Positions 24,008 to 32,000 of a DNA stretch of 32,000 nt are shown here, piece by piece. Position 1 is the stretch's first letter. Each line of letters starts with the position of its first letter. This DNA is from Candidatus Electrothrix sp. GW3-4. Its GTDB lineage: Bacteria; Desulfobacterota; Desulfobulbia; Desulfobulbales; Desulfobulbaceae. Location: positions 1,830,001 to 1,862,000 of the forward strand of contig NZ_CP147990.1 in assembly GCF_037902255.1 (NCBI RefSeq), written 5' to 3'. Position numbers and translations under genes: made by a program. The notes beneath the pieces are model-generated. The model did no database searches and was not told the DNA's origin. It saw nothing but the letters and a program-made list of their open reading frames with translations.

Positions 24008-24493
24008 ATGAAGAAAAGAGGGATAATGGCTGTTGCCATCGGATTATGTATGAGTGTTGCTTCTGCCGCATGGTCGTATGATACCCAACAAGCTGAAAGC
24101 TATGCAAAGATGTTCGCCCCGGCAGAGGGTATCAAGGTGGGTAAAGAACTCCATTTTATCAATCCAGATGGTTTTATCAAAAATCTTCAGGCCGGAAAAG
24201 AGTACGTGGCTATTGACGTGCGGACCTCCGGGGAAGCGGCAATGGTAGGCTTGATCATGCCCGGCAGCATGGTTATTCCGCTCAACGAGCTGTTTAAAGA
24301 GGAAAACCTAAAACGTGTCCCCACAGACAAGATGGTGGTGATTATCTGTAAGTCCGGTGCGCGGGCCACCGCAGCAGGGACAGCCCTGCGTCATATCGGC
24401 TTTGATAATGTCTACATCCTCAAAGGTGGATTGCAGGCCTTGAGCACGGCCTATGGGCCCAGAGAAGGGGCCTCTGTCACATTTAAAAAATAG
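24008..24493 (+). CDS. Periplasmic rhodanese-domain sulfurtransferase
   Basis: It has the signal peptide MKKRGIMAVAIGLCMSVASAAWS and the rhodanese core IDVRT...VVIICKSGARATAA...GFDNVYILKGG, with the active-site Cys loop CKSGAR. The ATG at 23981 abuts the terminator T-run, so I prefer 24008 (SD AAGGGA). Confidence 0.8.
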   Translation: MKKRGIMAVAIGLCMSVASAAWSYDTQQAESYAKMFAPAEGIKVGKELHFINPDGFIKNLQAGKEYVAIDVRTSGEAAMVGLIMPGSMVIPLNELFKEENLKRVPTDKMVVIICKSGARATAAGTALRHIGFDNVYILKGGLQALSTAYGPREGASVTFKK

Positions 24494-24512
24494 CAGGAGC
24501 ATATTCTGGTGG

Positions 24513-24543
24513 CCGGACGAGTGCTCGTTCGGTCTTTACTCTT
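24513..24543 (+). terminator. Possible terminator after the rhodanese gene
   Basis: The stem CCGGACGAG / CTCGTTCGG (one G-U pair) is followed by TCTTTACTCTT, a weak U-tract. Confidence 0.35.
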
Positions 24544-24582
24544 ACAGGCCTTGCTGGAATAACCGAAAAAGTATAAAAACCT

Positions 24583-25521
24583 ATGTCCCTTCCCGTCCTC
24601 CCTTCCCGCCTTCACCCCGGAGATACCATAGCTGTGATTTATCCGGCTGGCCCGGTGCGCGATCAGGCACGGCTGGCTAACGGTCTCCAGGTCCTGAGGG
24701 ATCTGAATCTCCGTATCCGTCATTATCCTCTTGATGGGAGTGGTCCTGAGTATCTTGCCGCAGATGATGAGCAACGTATCCAGAATCTCTACCGCCTCTG
24801 GAACGATGAAGAGGTCAAGGCCCTGATAGCGGCTAGGGGGGGCTATGGCTGTCTGCGCATCATAGGAAAGATGAACCCGGATCTGCTTCGCTCCCGGCCC
24901 AAATGGCTGATCGGTTTCAGCGACCTCACTGTTTTGCTGAATGGAATTTTTGCCGCAACTGGCTTGGTCACGCTGCACGGACCTATGGTGACCACCTTGG
25001 CAGATACTGATCAGCTTTCTTTTCAGTGCTTTAAGGAGGCTTTAAACAATACGTTTCAGCCCCTTGCTCCAACCAAGGATCTGGAAATCCTGCGTTCTGG
25101 AAACGGGCAGGGCAGGCTTGCTGGCGGCAACCTGACCACACTCACCCATTTGCTCGGCACGCCTTGGCAACCGCAGTTATCCGGCCGTATCCTGTTTTTG
25201 GAAGACACCGGTGAACCGCTTTACAAACTGGATCGCATGCTGACCCATCTTGCCTGTTGCGGTCTATTGGATAATCTTGCTGGCCTGATCCTTGGTGTTT
25301 TTGATCCAGGGCAGTATGATCGTTTGGAGATTCTCCGCCTCAATGAACAGGTCTGGAGCCGTGCCCTGGAGCTGACCCAGGGGGCGTCGTATCCGCTCTG
25401 GGGGGGCTTTCCCCTGGGGCACCAGCACGGCAATGTGGCCTTGCCTATTGGCATGGAAGCTGTTATGGACAGCACAAACGGAACCCTGAGCTTCCTGCCG
25501 CAGAGTTGTCAGGTTGGGTGA
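24583..25521 (+). CDS. ldcA: LD-carboxypeptidase (peptidase S66, muramoyltetrapeptide carboxypeptidase)
   Basis: The sequence LHPGDTIAVIYPAG...DDEQRIQNLYRLWNDEEVKALIAARGGYG...LIGFSDLTVL...LHGPM...FLEDTGE...GFPLGH contains the Ser-Glu-His triad contexts. Confidence 0.85.
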   Translation: MSLPVLPSRLHPGDTIAVIYPAGPVRDQARLANGLQVLRDLNLRIRHYPLDGSGPEYLAADDEQRIQNLYRLWNDEEVKALIAARGGYGCLRIIGKMNPDLLRSRPKWLIGFSDLTVLLNGIFAATGLVTLHGPMVTTLADTDQLSFQCFKEALNNTFQPLAPTKDLEILRSGNGQGRLAGGNLTTLTHLLGTPWQPQLSGRILFLEDTGEPLYKLDRMLTHLACCGLLDNLAGLILGVFDPGQYDRLEILRLNEQVWSRALELTQGASYPLWGGFPLGHQHGNVALPIGMEAVMDSTNGTLSFLPQSCQVG

Positions 25522-25641
25522 GAGGCCCCTGTCTTTTTGCTTCTTCCGCAGGTCGCTGTTCTGTCTCATATCCAATTGGATACCTGTTGCCCACTCAAAA
25601 AGACTTCTGAGCTGATGAGCTCTGCCCGTTTTGATTTGTAG

Positions 25642-25669
25642 TGACATTTTTGCTTATTAACAATATGAT
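25642..25669 (+). promoter_or_regulatory. Candidate sigma70 promoter (TGACAT-N16-TATGAT) for the lipoprotein gene
   Basis: Read directly, ~90 nt upstream of the ATG at 25760. Confidence 0.3.
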
Positions 25670-25759
25670 ATTTAGCGAGAACCTTTTTGTAGCTTGCTCT
25701 CTGCCAACGGAGCGGCCGAGGTGCCCAACCCGCTGTCGCCCATAACTCAAAGGAACACG

Positions 25760-27547
25760 ATGAAATCGACAAAGAAAAAAGCGCTGGTCCTCATTCTGGT
25801 GTCCTTGCTCCTCTTTGCCTGTGACAGGAAGGAGAAGGAAGAGGCACAACCGAAACAAAAACCTGAGCCCCCTAAACCGGTAAGCATGCTTGATGTGGTG
25901 CCAGCAGATACGATTTTTTTCTCTGGTGGCTTAGAGCCAACCCCTTTGCAGGAAATTTTACAATGGAGCGCTGATAACTTTAATGTGCTGCAAGAGCTTG
26001 ATCCAGACAGCTTGCTTCCCATTGACCAGGACGAGAAACGCCCAGGGCGACGTATGGCTGCCCAGCTTTGGTATGACTACTACGCAATGATGCTTTCCCC
26101 TGGGACAGAATTAGCAAAATGGGGTGTGGAAGAAAAACCTTTTCTTACCAGCTATGCTGTCGGACTCGCCCCGGTTTTGCTTCGTATTAGTCTGAAAGAT
26201 GTTCAGCTCTTTAAGAAGAAGATTGATGAGCTGGAGGCCAAGGCAAAGATAAGCAGTAAACCTGAGACGCTGGGCAAGGCCACCTATCGACGTTACGTAC
26301 TGAATGAAAAAGGGCCTGCTGTTGATCTTATCATTGGGGTAGACAATACACGTAAGCACGGGGTGTTTATGCTGGACATAGGTGTTGACAGTGAACAGAC
26401 CCTTGCCATCGCCTTAGGACAACAAAAACCCCAAAAAACGCTGGCTGAAAGTGGACGCGTTGAGGGCTTAGTGAAACAGTATGATTTGCATTCCTCTTGG
26501 GTCGGTTATCTGGATCATCAACAATTGATTACCGGCCTGACCACCAAGGACGGCAATAGTATTGCCAAAATGATGCAGAAACTTGCTCCGCAATTGCAGG
26601 GATCTGCTGCGTTATTGGAAGAATTACAAATAGAAGGCTGTCGTAATGACCTCGTGTCCATTGGCAAGGATTGGCCGCAAACCGTTTTTGGTTATACGGC
26701 TCTGCAACTGGCAGCGACGCCATCTCGTCTTGACTCCTTGCTCGTGGTTGAAAATAAAGATAAGGCGCTGCTGGATGGCCTACAATCCCTGCGCGGAGTT
26801 ATCCCACAATATGTGGCGGGGCATTCAGCTGAAGCACCGGTTGTTGCTGCTGGCATTGGCCTGAACTTCGAAAAAATTGCCCCCTTTATCACCGAGAGAC
26901 GGACAGCAATCGCCCAGAAGCAGTATAGCTGTTCCTTTTTAAAGGAAATGCAGGAAGATGCAAAGTCGCAGCAACCTGCTGCTCTTGCTATGATGACAGG
27001 GATGGCCCCTGGTGTGCAAGGGCTCGCTTTTTCCCTGATGTCGTTGGCGGTAGAGGCACCAGAAGCAGGCGGTCCTCCCATGCCAAAGAGCATTGACGCC
27101 TTAATCAGCCTCACGGCCAAAAATCCGACGAATTTGGTGCAGATGTTTGGTACCTTTTTTCCACCACTTGCTCAACTGCAACTGCCAGCAGATGGTACTC
27201 CGGTCCCGCTCTCCTTACCGGTGCCGCTTGCCTTTCCTGTTATGGCGGCAATCAACGGTTCTCATCTCACGGTATATGCTGGTGAAAAATCTCAAGCCTT
27301 AGCGCAGGAGCTACGCTCGGAAGACGTTGAGGAATCACGAGGCATTCTAGCGACTGATATAGATTATGGCAAGTATTACGGCCTGATTGGCGATGCTTTG
27401 ACCAGCCTGAATCTTCCTGATGCGCAACAGTCGGAAACCAAGGCTCTTTTCGAGGCCATGAAAGATGTAAAGATGCGTCTTCGGATGAATATGGATATAA
27501 CAGGGCGCGGTATTGAAATGAAGATTGGTATGGCTGCGACAGAATAA
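25760..27547 (+). CDS. Large lipoprotein of unknown function (~595 aa)
   Basis: MKSTKKKALVLILVSLLLFAC has a lipobox (LLFAC), with SD AAAGGA upstream. The ORF track extends upstream to 25694, but that extension lacks a signal sequence. A strong terminator follows the gene. Confidence 0.75.
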   Translation: MKSTKKKALVLILVSLLLFACDRKEKEEAQPKQKPEPPKPVSMLDVVPADTIFFSGGLEPTPLQEILQWSADNFNVLQELDPDSLLPIDQDEKRPGRRMAAQLWYDYYAMMLSPGTELAKWGVEEKPFLTSYAVGLAPVLLRISLKDVQLFKKKIDELEAKAKISSKPETLGKATYRRYVLNEKGPAVDLIIGVDNTRKHGVFMLDIGVDSEQTLAIALGQQKPQKTLAESGRVEGLVKQYDLHSSWVGYLDHQQLITGLTTKDGNSIAKMMQKLAPQLQGSAALLEELQIEGCRNDLVSIGKDWPQTVFGYTALQLAATPSRLDSLLVVENKDKALLDGLQSLRGVIPQYVAGHSAEAPVVAAGIGLNFEKIAPFITERRTAIAQKQYSCSFLKEMQEDAKSQQPAALAMMTGMAPGVQGLAFSLMSLAVEAPEAGGPPMPKSIDALISLTAKNPTNLVQMFGTFFPPLAQLQLPADGTPVPLSLPVPLAFPVMAAINGSHLTVYAGEKSQALAQELRSEDVEESRGILATDIDYGKYYGLIGDALTSLNLPDAQQSETKALFEAMKDVKMRLRMNMDITGRGIEMKIGMAATE

Positions 27548-27586
27548 TCTCCCCTTAGGGAGGGTGCATTCTTTGAGATGGTAGGT

Positions 27587-27624
27587 ACCGGTCCTGCTTT
27601 AGCAGCAGGACCGGTTTTGTTTTT
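27587..27624 (+). terminator. Rho-independent terminator of the lipoprotein gene
   Basis: A 12-bp perfect stem ACCGGTCCTGCT / AGCAGGACCGGT with a 5-nt loop is followed by TTTGTTTTT. Confidence 0.85.
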
Positions 27625-27750
27625 AAAAAATCTCTTTCAGATAACGCCCATCCCTCCCCTCTGGGAGGGACAACAAAACATGAAAGGTGAGGGAAGTCTG
27701 GTCGGGCTTCGCCAACCACTTTCATATCAAACTGATAAAATAATTGATCG

Positions 27751-29100
27751 ATGGAAAACATCCCCACCAATATTGTCCAGCGTGATCCTGACCAGAAGGA
27801 ATTCCTTCAGACAGTTTCCGAGCTGCTTGAAACAGTGAAGCCGGTCCTGGATCGTAATCCAGAGTATCGTAGCCAGGCGATCGTTGAGCGTATCACGGAG
27901 CCGGAACGAATGATCATATTCCGCGTACCCTGGGTGGACGACCAGGGCAGGGTGCAGGTAAATCGCGGATTTCGGGTTGAAATGAATTCAGCTCTTGGGC
28001 CCTATAAGGGCGGCCTGCGTTTTCATCCTTCTGTAACCCTGTCCATTATTAAATTTCTCGCATTTGAGCAAGTCTTTAAAAATAGCCTAACGACACTTCA
28101 AATGGGCGGAGGGAAGGGCGGAGCAGACTTTGATCCCAAGGGGCGTTCTGATGCTGAGGTCATGCGATTCTGTCAGGCATTTATGACCGAATTATCGCGC
28201 CACATCGGCCCGAATACCGATGTTCCTGCCGGGGACATCGGGGTAGGAACAAGGGAGATCGGCTACCTCTTCGGGATGTATAAAAAAATATGTAATGAAT
28301 TTACAGGGGTCATCACAGGAAAAGGGCTGCACTGGGGCGGAAGTCTGATTCGGCCACAGGCCACGGGCTATGGTGTGGTCTATTTTACAGCTGAGATGCT
28401 GGCCGAGGAGGGCACATCTCTGGAAGGAAAAAAATGTTTGATCTCAGGCTCAGGAAACGTGGCCCAGTACACTGCGGAAAAGATTCTTCAGTTGGGTGGT
28501 CGGGTGCTCACATTATCTGACTCATCTGGATATATCTATGATGAGGGGGGCATTGATGCGAAAAAGCTCCAGTATGTAATGCAGCTGAAAAATATTCGCC
28601 GGGCACGTATCCGTGAATACTGTGAGAAATATCCACATGCGGTCTACACAGAGCTCAGGCCTGAGCTTGATTATAATCCGCTCTGGAATCATAAAGCAGA
28701 CTGTGCTATGCCGTGTGCAACACAAAATGAGATCAACGAGCAGGACGCGCAGCATCTTCTGAAAAATGGGGTAGGTCTTGTTTGTGAAGGAGCAAATATG
28801 CCGAGTACTCCTGACGCTATTGATATTTTTATTGAAAATAAAATCCTTTATGGCCCGGGTAAAGCGGCCAATGCCGGAGGTGTTGCGGTTTCAGGGCTTG
28901 AGATGTCTCAGAATTCCATGCGTCTTGCCTGGTCTGAAGATGAGGTAGATAGCCACCTCCGCAGAATTATGAAATCTATTCACACAACCTGCCTGGATGC
29001 TGCTGAAGAATATGGGTTGCCGAAAAATTATTTGGCTGGAGCCAATATTGCCGGTTTTGCTAAGGTCGTGAATGCCATGCTTGATCAGGGATTGGTCTGA
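27751..29100 (+). CDS. gdhA: NADP-specific glutamate dehydrogenase
   Basis: The sequence YKGGLRFHPSVTLSIIKFLAFEQVFKNSLTTLQMGGGKGGADFDPKG...GPNTDVPAGDIGVG...GSGNVAQY matches canonical GDH motifs. Confidence 0.95.
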   Translation: MENIPTNIVQRDPDQKEFLQTVSELLETVKPVLDRNPEYRSQAIVERITEPERMIIFRVPWVDDQGRVQVNRGFRVEMNSALGPYKGGLRFHPSVTLSIIKFLAFEQVFKNSLTTLQMGGGKGGADFDPKGRSDAEVMRFCQAFMTELSRHIGPNTDVPAGDIGVGTREIGYLFGMYKKICNEFTGVITGKGLHWGGSLIRPQATGYGVVYFTAEMLAEEGTSLEGKKCLISGSGNVAQYTAEKILQLGGRVLTLSDSSGYIYDEGGIDAKKLQYVMQLKNIRRARIREYCEKYPHAVYTELRPELDYNPLWNHKADCAMPCATQNEINEQDAQHLLKNGVGLVCEGANMPSTPDAIDIFIENKILYGPGKAANAGGVAVSGLEMSQNSMRLAWSEDEVDSHLRRIMKSIHTTCLDAAEEYGLPKNYLAGANIAGFAKVVNAMLDQGLV

Positions 29101-29146
29101 AGTTTAAAAAAACACAATATGCCAAGAGGATAGGGCGCCAGAAGTA

Positions 29147-29884
29147 ATGACAGTAAACGAGTTAACCAAACAGAATGAAGATAGTCTCAGAAGTTCGTTA
29201 GAACAGTACTTTGTTGATATAACATCTGAATGTCCCTATGGGATGCCGCAACATGCTGTCTACCATCAAGCTTTTTTTGGATCAATACCTGATTCCACAA
29301 TGGATTTTTTCTTTCGTAACGGGTATCGAAGGAATGGAAATTGTATGTATTCCATGCGTTGCCCTGGGTGTCAGGAGTGCATTCCCATCCGTTTAATCCC
29401 AGAGGACTTCTCTAAAAATCGCAACCAGAAGCGGGTGTGGGCAAAAAATCGGGATATCAGCGTGGGGTTGGCGCCATTGACCATGTCTGCTGAAAATCTT
29501 GAGCTCTTGGATCGTTTTCTTAAAAACCGTTTTCCAGACGGACGAGCTAACGCAGAAAGCTACTACAGCGGTTTTTTTATAACCTCCATGACCAAATGTT
29601 TTGAAATCCGCTATCGAGTGGCTGAGCAATTACTGGGTGTTGCAATTGTTGACTGTTCTGATGATTGGCTCAATGCGGTTTATTTTTATTTTGATCCTGA
29701 TCAGGGAGACCGCAGCCCAGGAACGCTAAACATTCTTTACCTGATAGAATTTTGCCTGCGGCATGGAATCAGCCATCTTTATCTTGGTTATTGGATCAAT
29801 AAGGTCAAAGGAATGCAGTACAAAACCGCGTTTAAGCCGTATGAGCTTTTTTTCGATGGCACATGGAAAAGCGTAACCAAATAG
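29147..29884 (+). CDS. bpt: Arginyl/leucyl-tRNA--protein transferase (Bpt/ATE family, N-end rule)
   Basis: The sequence CPYG...FFFRNGYRRNGNCMYSMRCPGCQECIPIRL..EDF..NRNQKRVWAKN...NAVYFYFDP...RSPGTLNILYLIEFC...LYLGYWI....MQYKTAFKPYELF matches the family pattern. Confidence 0.85.
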   Translation: MTVNELTKQNEDSLRSSLEQYFVDITSECPYGMPQHAVYHQAFFGSIPDSTMDFFFRNGYRRNGNCMYSMRCPGCQECIPIRLIPEDFSKNRNQKRVWAKNRDISVGLAPLTMSAENLELLDRFLKNRFPDGRANAESYYSGFFITSMTKCFEIRYRVAEQLLGVAIVDCSDDWLNAVYFYFDPDQGDRSPGTLNILYLIEFCLRHGISHLYLGYWINKVKGMQYKTAFKPYELFFDGTWKSVTK

Positions 29885-30044
29885 AAAAACAGAGCTTATT
29901 GCGGATTAATATAATTATTTCAGATCTTTAACTTAACAGCCCTTACGTAAAGTTAACATAATATATATTATGCGACATTATGTGTATTCCATTAAAAATT
30001 TCATTGTAATTTTGCAGCGTTCGATTTGCTGCCCCTGATATCCT

Positions 30045-31139
30045 ATGCCCTCCTCCATTTTAACCTGTTATTATCGACCCAAGCCCGGCGGTTTTTGTAA
30101 ACGACTCTTTCGTGGAATCAACGCGCTGCTTGATCGCGGGCATACAGTTCATTACCTCGCGGTTGTTTCTTTTCCTATCGAACATCCGAATTGCCATTTT
30201 CATCGTTTTCCCTGGCCTGAAGCAAAAACTTCAGGCTATGTCTTCTGGGCTGTCTTTCATCTGCTCACTCCCCTCCTGCTTCTCTTTCTTGGATTCAAAT
30301 ATCGAGTGAAGCATTTATTCGCTTTCGGACATACGTACTCCTTATTATTACAGCCAGTTAGGCTGGTGAAAAGTATTCCCTTAATTCTTTTTTTACGAGG
30401 CGATATGCTTGAAAAACATCGAACAACAGGAAGATCAAGGTCGCTTGTCAGGCTTGAGCTGTTTCTTGAAGGAGTAGGAATTGCTGGAACTGTAATGTAT
30501 GGTGTCTCGGAATCTTTAACCAACAGGATTAATGATCGACATCATTTTTTTCGAGCGACAAAATGTGGCATTCTTCGCAATGATATCCCTTCGCACTACA
30601 CTGTGGACCATAGAAAGGCCTCTTTTCATCTTCCCCTCCGAGCAGCTTGCGTCGGCATGATCGAACCTGGAAAAAATCAGTTTTTCCTCCTTAATGTATT
30701 CAAAAAAATGAGTATCGGGCAAATCCAGCTGTATCTTTACGGCACTGGTCCAGACGAGAAGCTTCTGAGGGCGTTCACAGCAAAAGAAAACATGTCGGAC
30801 CGAGTTTTGTTTAGAGGTTGGGTACAATCGGAGCAAATATGGCCTGAGATTGACCTGTTGCTCATGCCCTCCCGTCACGAAGGAGCACCGAATGCCGTGT
30901 TAGAAGCGTTGGCAACGGGCACCCCTGTTTTGGCAAGTGATATTCCAGAGCATCGCGAGATCTTACCGAAAAGCTGTCTGCTCTCCCTTTGTGATGAGGC
31001 GGCATGGCAAGAGAGACTCTGTGCAATCTCAGCAAATCCTGAGAAACACCTCTCCCAGATTGCCCGTGAGCAAGAATCCGCATGTATGCAGTTACAATTT
31101 GATTGGGACGATAAAATTGTCAGCTCTATTGTAAATTGA
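30045..31139 (+). CDS. Glycosyltransferase family 4 (GT-B fold)
   Basis: The C-terminal motif is LLLMPSRHEGAPNAVLEALATGTPVLASDIPEHREIL (EX7E-type), with an N-terminal GG..K...L...L..RGHTVH. Confidence 0.8.
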   Translation: MPSSILTCYYRPKPGGFCKRLFRGINALLDRGHTVHYLAVVSFPIEHPNCHFHRFPWPEAKTSGYVFWAVFHLLTPLLLLFLGFKYRVKHLFAFGHTYSLLLQPVRLVKSIPLILFLRGDMLEKHRTTGRSRSLVRLELFLEGVGIAGTVMYGVSESLTNRINDRHHFFRATKCGILRNDIPSHYTVDHRKASFHLPLRAACVGMIEPGKNQFFLLNVFKKMSIGQIQLYLYGTGPDEKLLRAFTAKENMSDRVLFRGWVQSEQIWPEIDLLLMPSRHEGAPNAVLEALATGTPVLASDIPEHREILPKSCLLSLCDEAAWQERLCAISANPEKHLSQIAREQESACMQLQFDWDDKIVSSIVN

Positions 31140-31364
31140 TAAGGTCCTATTGTTTACAGGAGGATCAATTTTCATCCCCAAAAAATCGTCACATGTTCCG
31201 TAATAGGTATTTTGTTGTTTTTCGAGTAATATTCTGTCAAGACACGCCCCACTCCACTCCCTGCAATCGCTCTCTATTGTACAATCAGATTGAGAACGAG
31301 TATCATGTGGATACAAGAAGGCAGTTGATCTGCCGCAGAGGAAATTGGACAGGGAGAGGTTAGC

Positions 31365-32000
31365 ATGACCAAACAACATGTGCGCAAATCATTCATACTG
31401 GACACCAACGTGATCCTGCATGATTCATCCTGCATCAAACATTTTGACGAACATGATATCATAGTCCCCATTACAGTGCTGGAAGAACTTGACCATTTTA
31501 AAAAAGGAAACCAGAGTGTTAACTTCCATGCCCGTGAGTTTGTCCGCTCCCTGGACTGTCTGAGTGCCAACAAGCTGTTCAATGGTGGGGTCTCACTGGG
31601 AGAGGGCAAAGGCCGTTTATCCATCAAACTGGAACTGGCCCCACATCCAGAGTTAGTTCACCACTTTCCTGCTTCTGCGAAACCAGACCATCAGATCCTC
31701 AATATCTGCTATCATCTGCACAAGGAGGATACATCTCGTTTATTTATCCTGGTCACCAAGGACGTCAATCTGCGGATGAAGGCCAAGGCTGTGGGGTTGA
31801 TGGCAGAGAACTACATCACTGATCATGTCAAGGATTTAGGGGCGCTGTACACTGGTACCCGTGTTATTAATGACAATCCTTTCGGCCTGATTGATGAGCT
31901 GCACACCCGCGAGGAAATTCCAGCAAATGATCTGGATCTGCCCCCGGGGGAACCCTTGACCGCCAATGAGTTCATCATCCTTCGCGAGGCCAACAAGTCT
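31365..32000 (+). CDS. PhoH-like protein with N-terminal PIN domain (YlaK-type), 5' part; runs off the right edge
   Basis: My own translation from the ATG at 31365 (SD GGAGAGG) gives MTKQHVRKSFILDTNVILHDSSCIKHFDEHDIIVPITVLEELDHFKKGNQSVNFHAREFVR...PDHQILNICYHL...ILVTKDVNLRMKAKAVGL. There is no stop in the window, so it is missing from the ORF track. Confidence 0.8.
   Translation, partial: MTKQHVRKSFILDTNVILHDSSCIKHFDEHDIIVPITVLEELDHFKKGNQSVNFHAREFVRSLDCLSANKLFNGGVSLGEGKGRLSIKLELAPHPELVHHFPASAKPDHQILNICYHLHKEDTSRLFILVTKDVNLRMKAKAVGLMAENYITDHVKDLGALYTGTRVINDNPFGLIDELHTREEIPANDLDLPPGEPLTANEFIILREANKS

Noticed and set aside
24451-25858. Minus-strand ORFs (175, 127, 87, 84, 68 aa) over ldcA and the following spacer
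   Set aside because: They are antisense to a well-supported LD-carboxypeptidase, or fall in a spacer without an RBS.
27652-27669. 7-bp GC hairpin CCCTCCC-ctct-GGGAGGG in the gdhA upstream region
   Set aside because: It is short, has no U-tract, and has no second copy with the same structure (the GGGAGGG at 27559-27564 is not a matching palindrome). There is not enough evidence for a function.
27695-27712. Sigma54-type promoter upstream of gdhA (tGGtcgggcttcGCc)
   Set aside because: The GG-to-GC spacing is 9 nt rather than the 10 nt required, and the flanking bases do not match TGGCAC/TTGCA.

Overview
The window has two parts. (A) Positions 1 to ~9,860 are a mosaic accessory segment. It holds the inner part of an IS66-family element and an AT-rich gene for a small secreted protein. 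Next is a GC-rich RHS/YD-repeat gene that has lost its 5' end but keeps an AT-rich C-terminal toxin domain, with no immunity gene after it. The rest is a nested array built from REP palindromes, a frameshifted REP-associated tyrosine transposase (RAYT) and RAYT 5' remnants. That array also holds two ~90% identical ParE/RelE-like toxin-antitoxin pairs, a reverse-order PIN/RHH pair and an IS1634-family element with recognisable inverted repeats and target duplication. (B) Positions 9,972 to 32,000 are ordinary chromosomal genes. In order they are dinB, serS, an unknown 642-aa protein with an HD-GYP phosphodiesterase, tatC (apparently frameshifted in a T7 run), a DUF523 protein and ftsB. These are followed by a 1,477-aa hybrid histidine kinase with three periplasmic solute-binding domains, an FmdB zinc-ribbon protein, a family-4-like UDG, a periplasmic rhodanese and an LD-carboxypeptidase. 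The last genes are a large lipoprotein, gdhA, bpt, a GT4 glycosyltransferase and the start of a PIN-PhoH gene. No rRNA, tRNA or CRISPR array was found. The most unusual signal is the REP/RAYT locus. One 26-nt REP unit interrupts the RAYT reading frame, an inverted REP doublet is translated in frame inside the same gene, and TA cassettes sit where RAYT bodies should be. All family assignments come from reading the translated sequences by eye; no database search was run.
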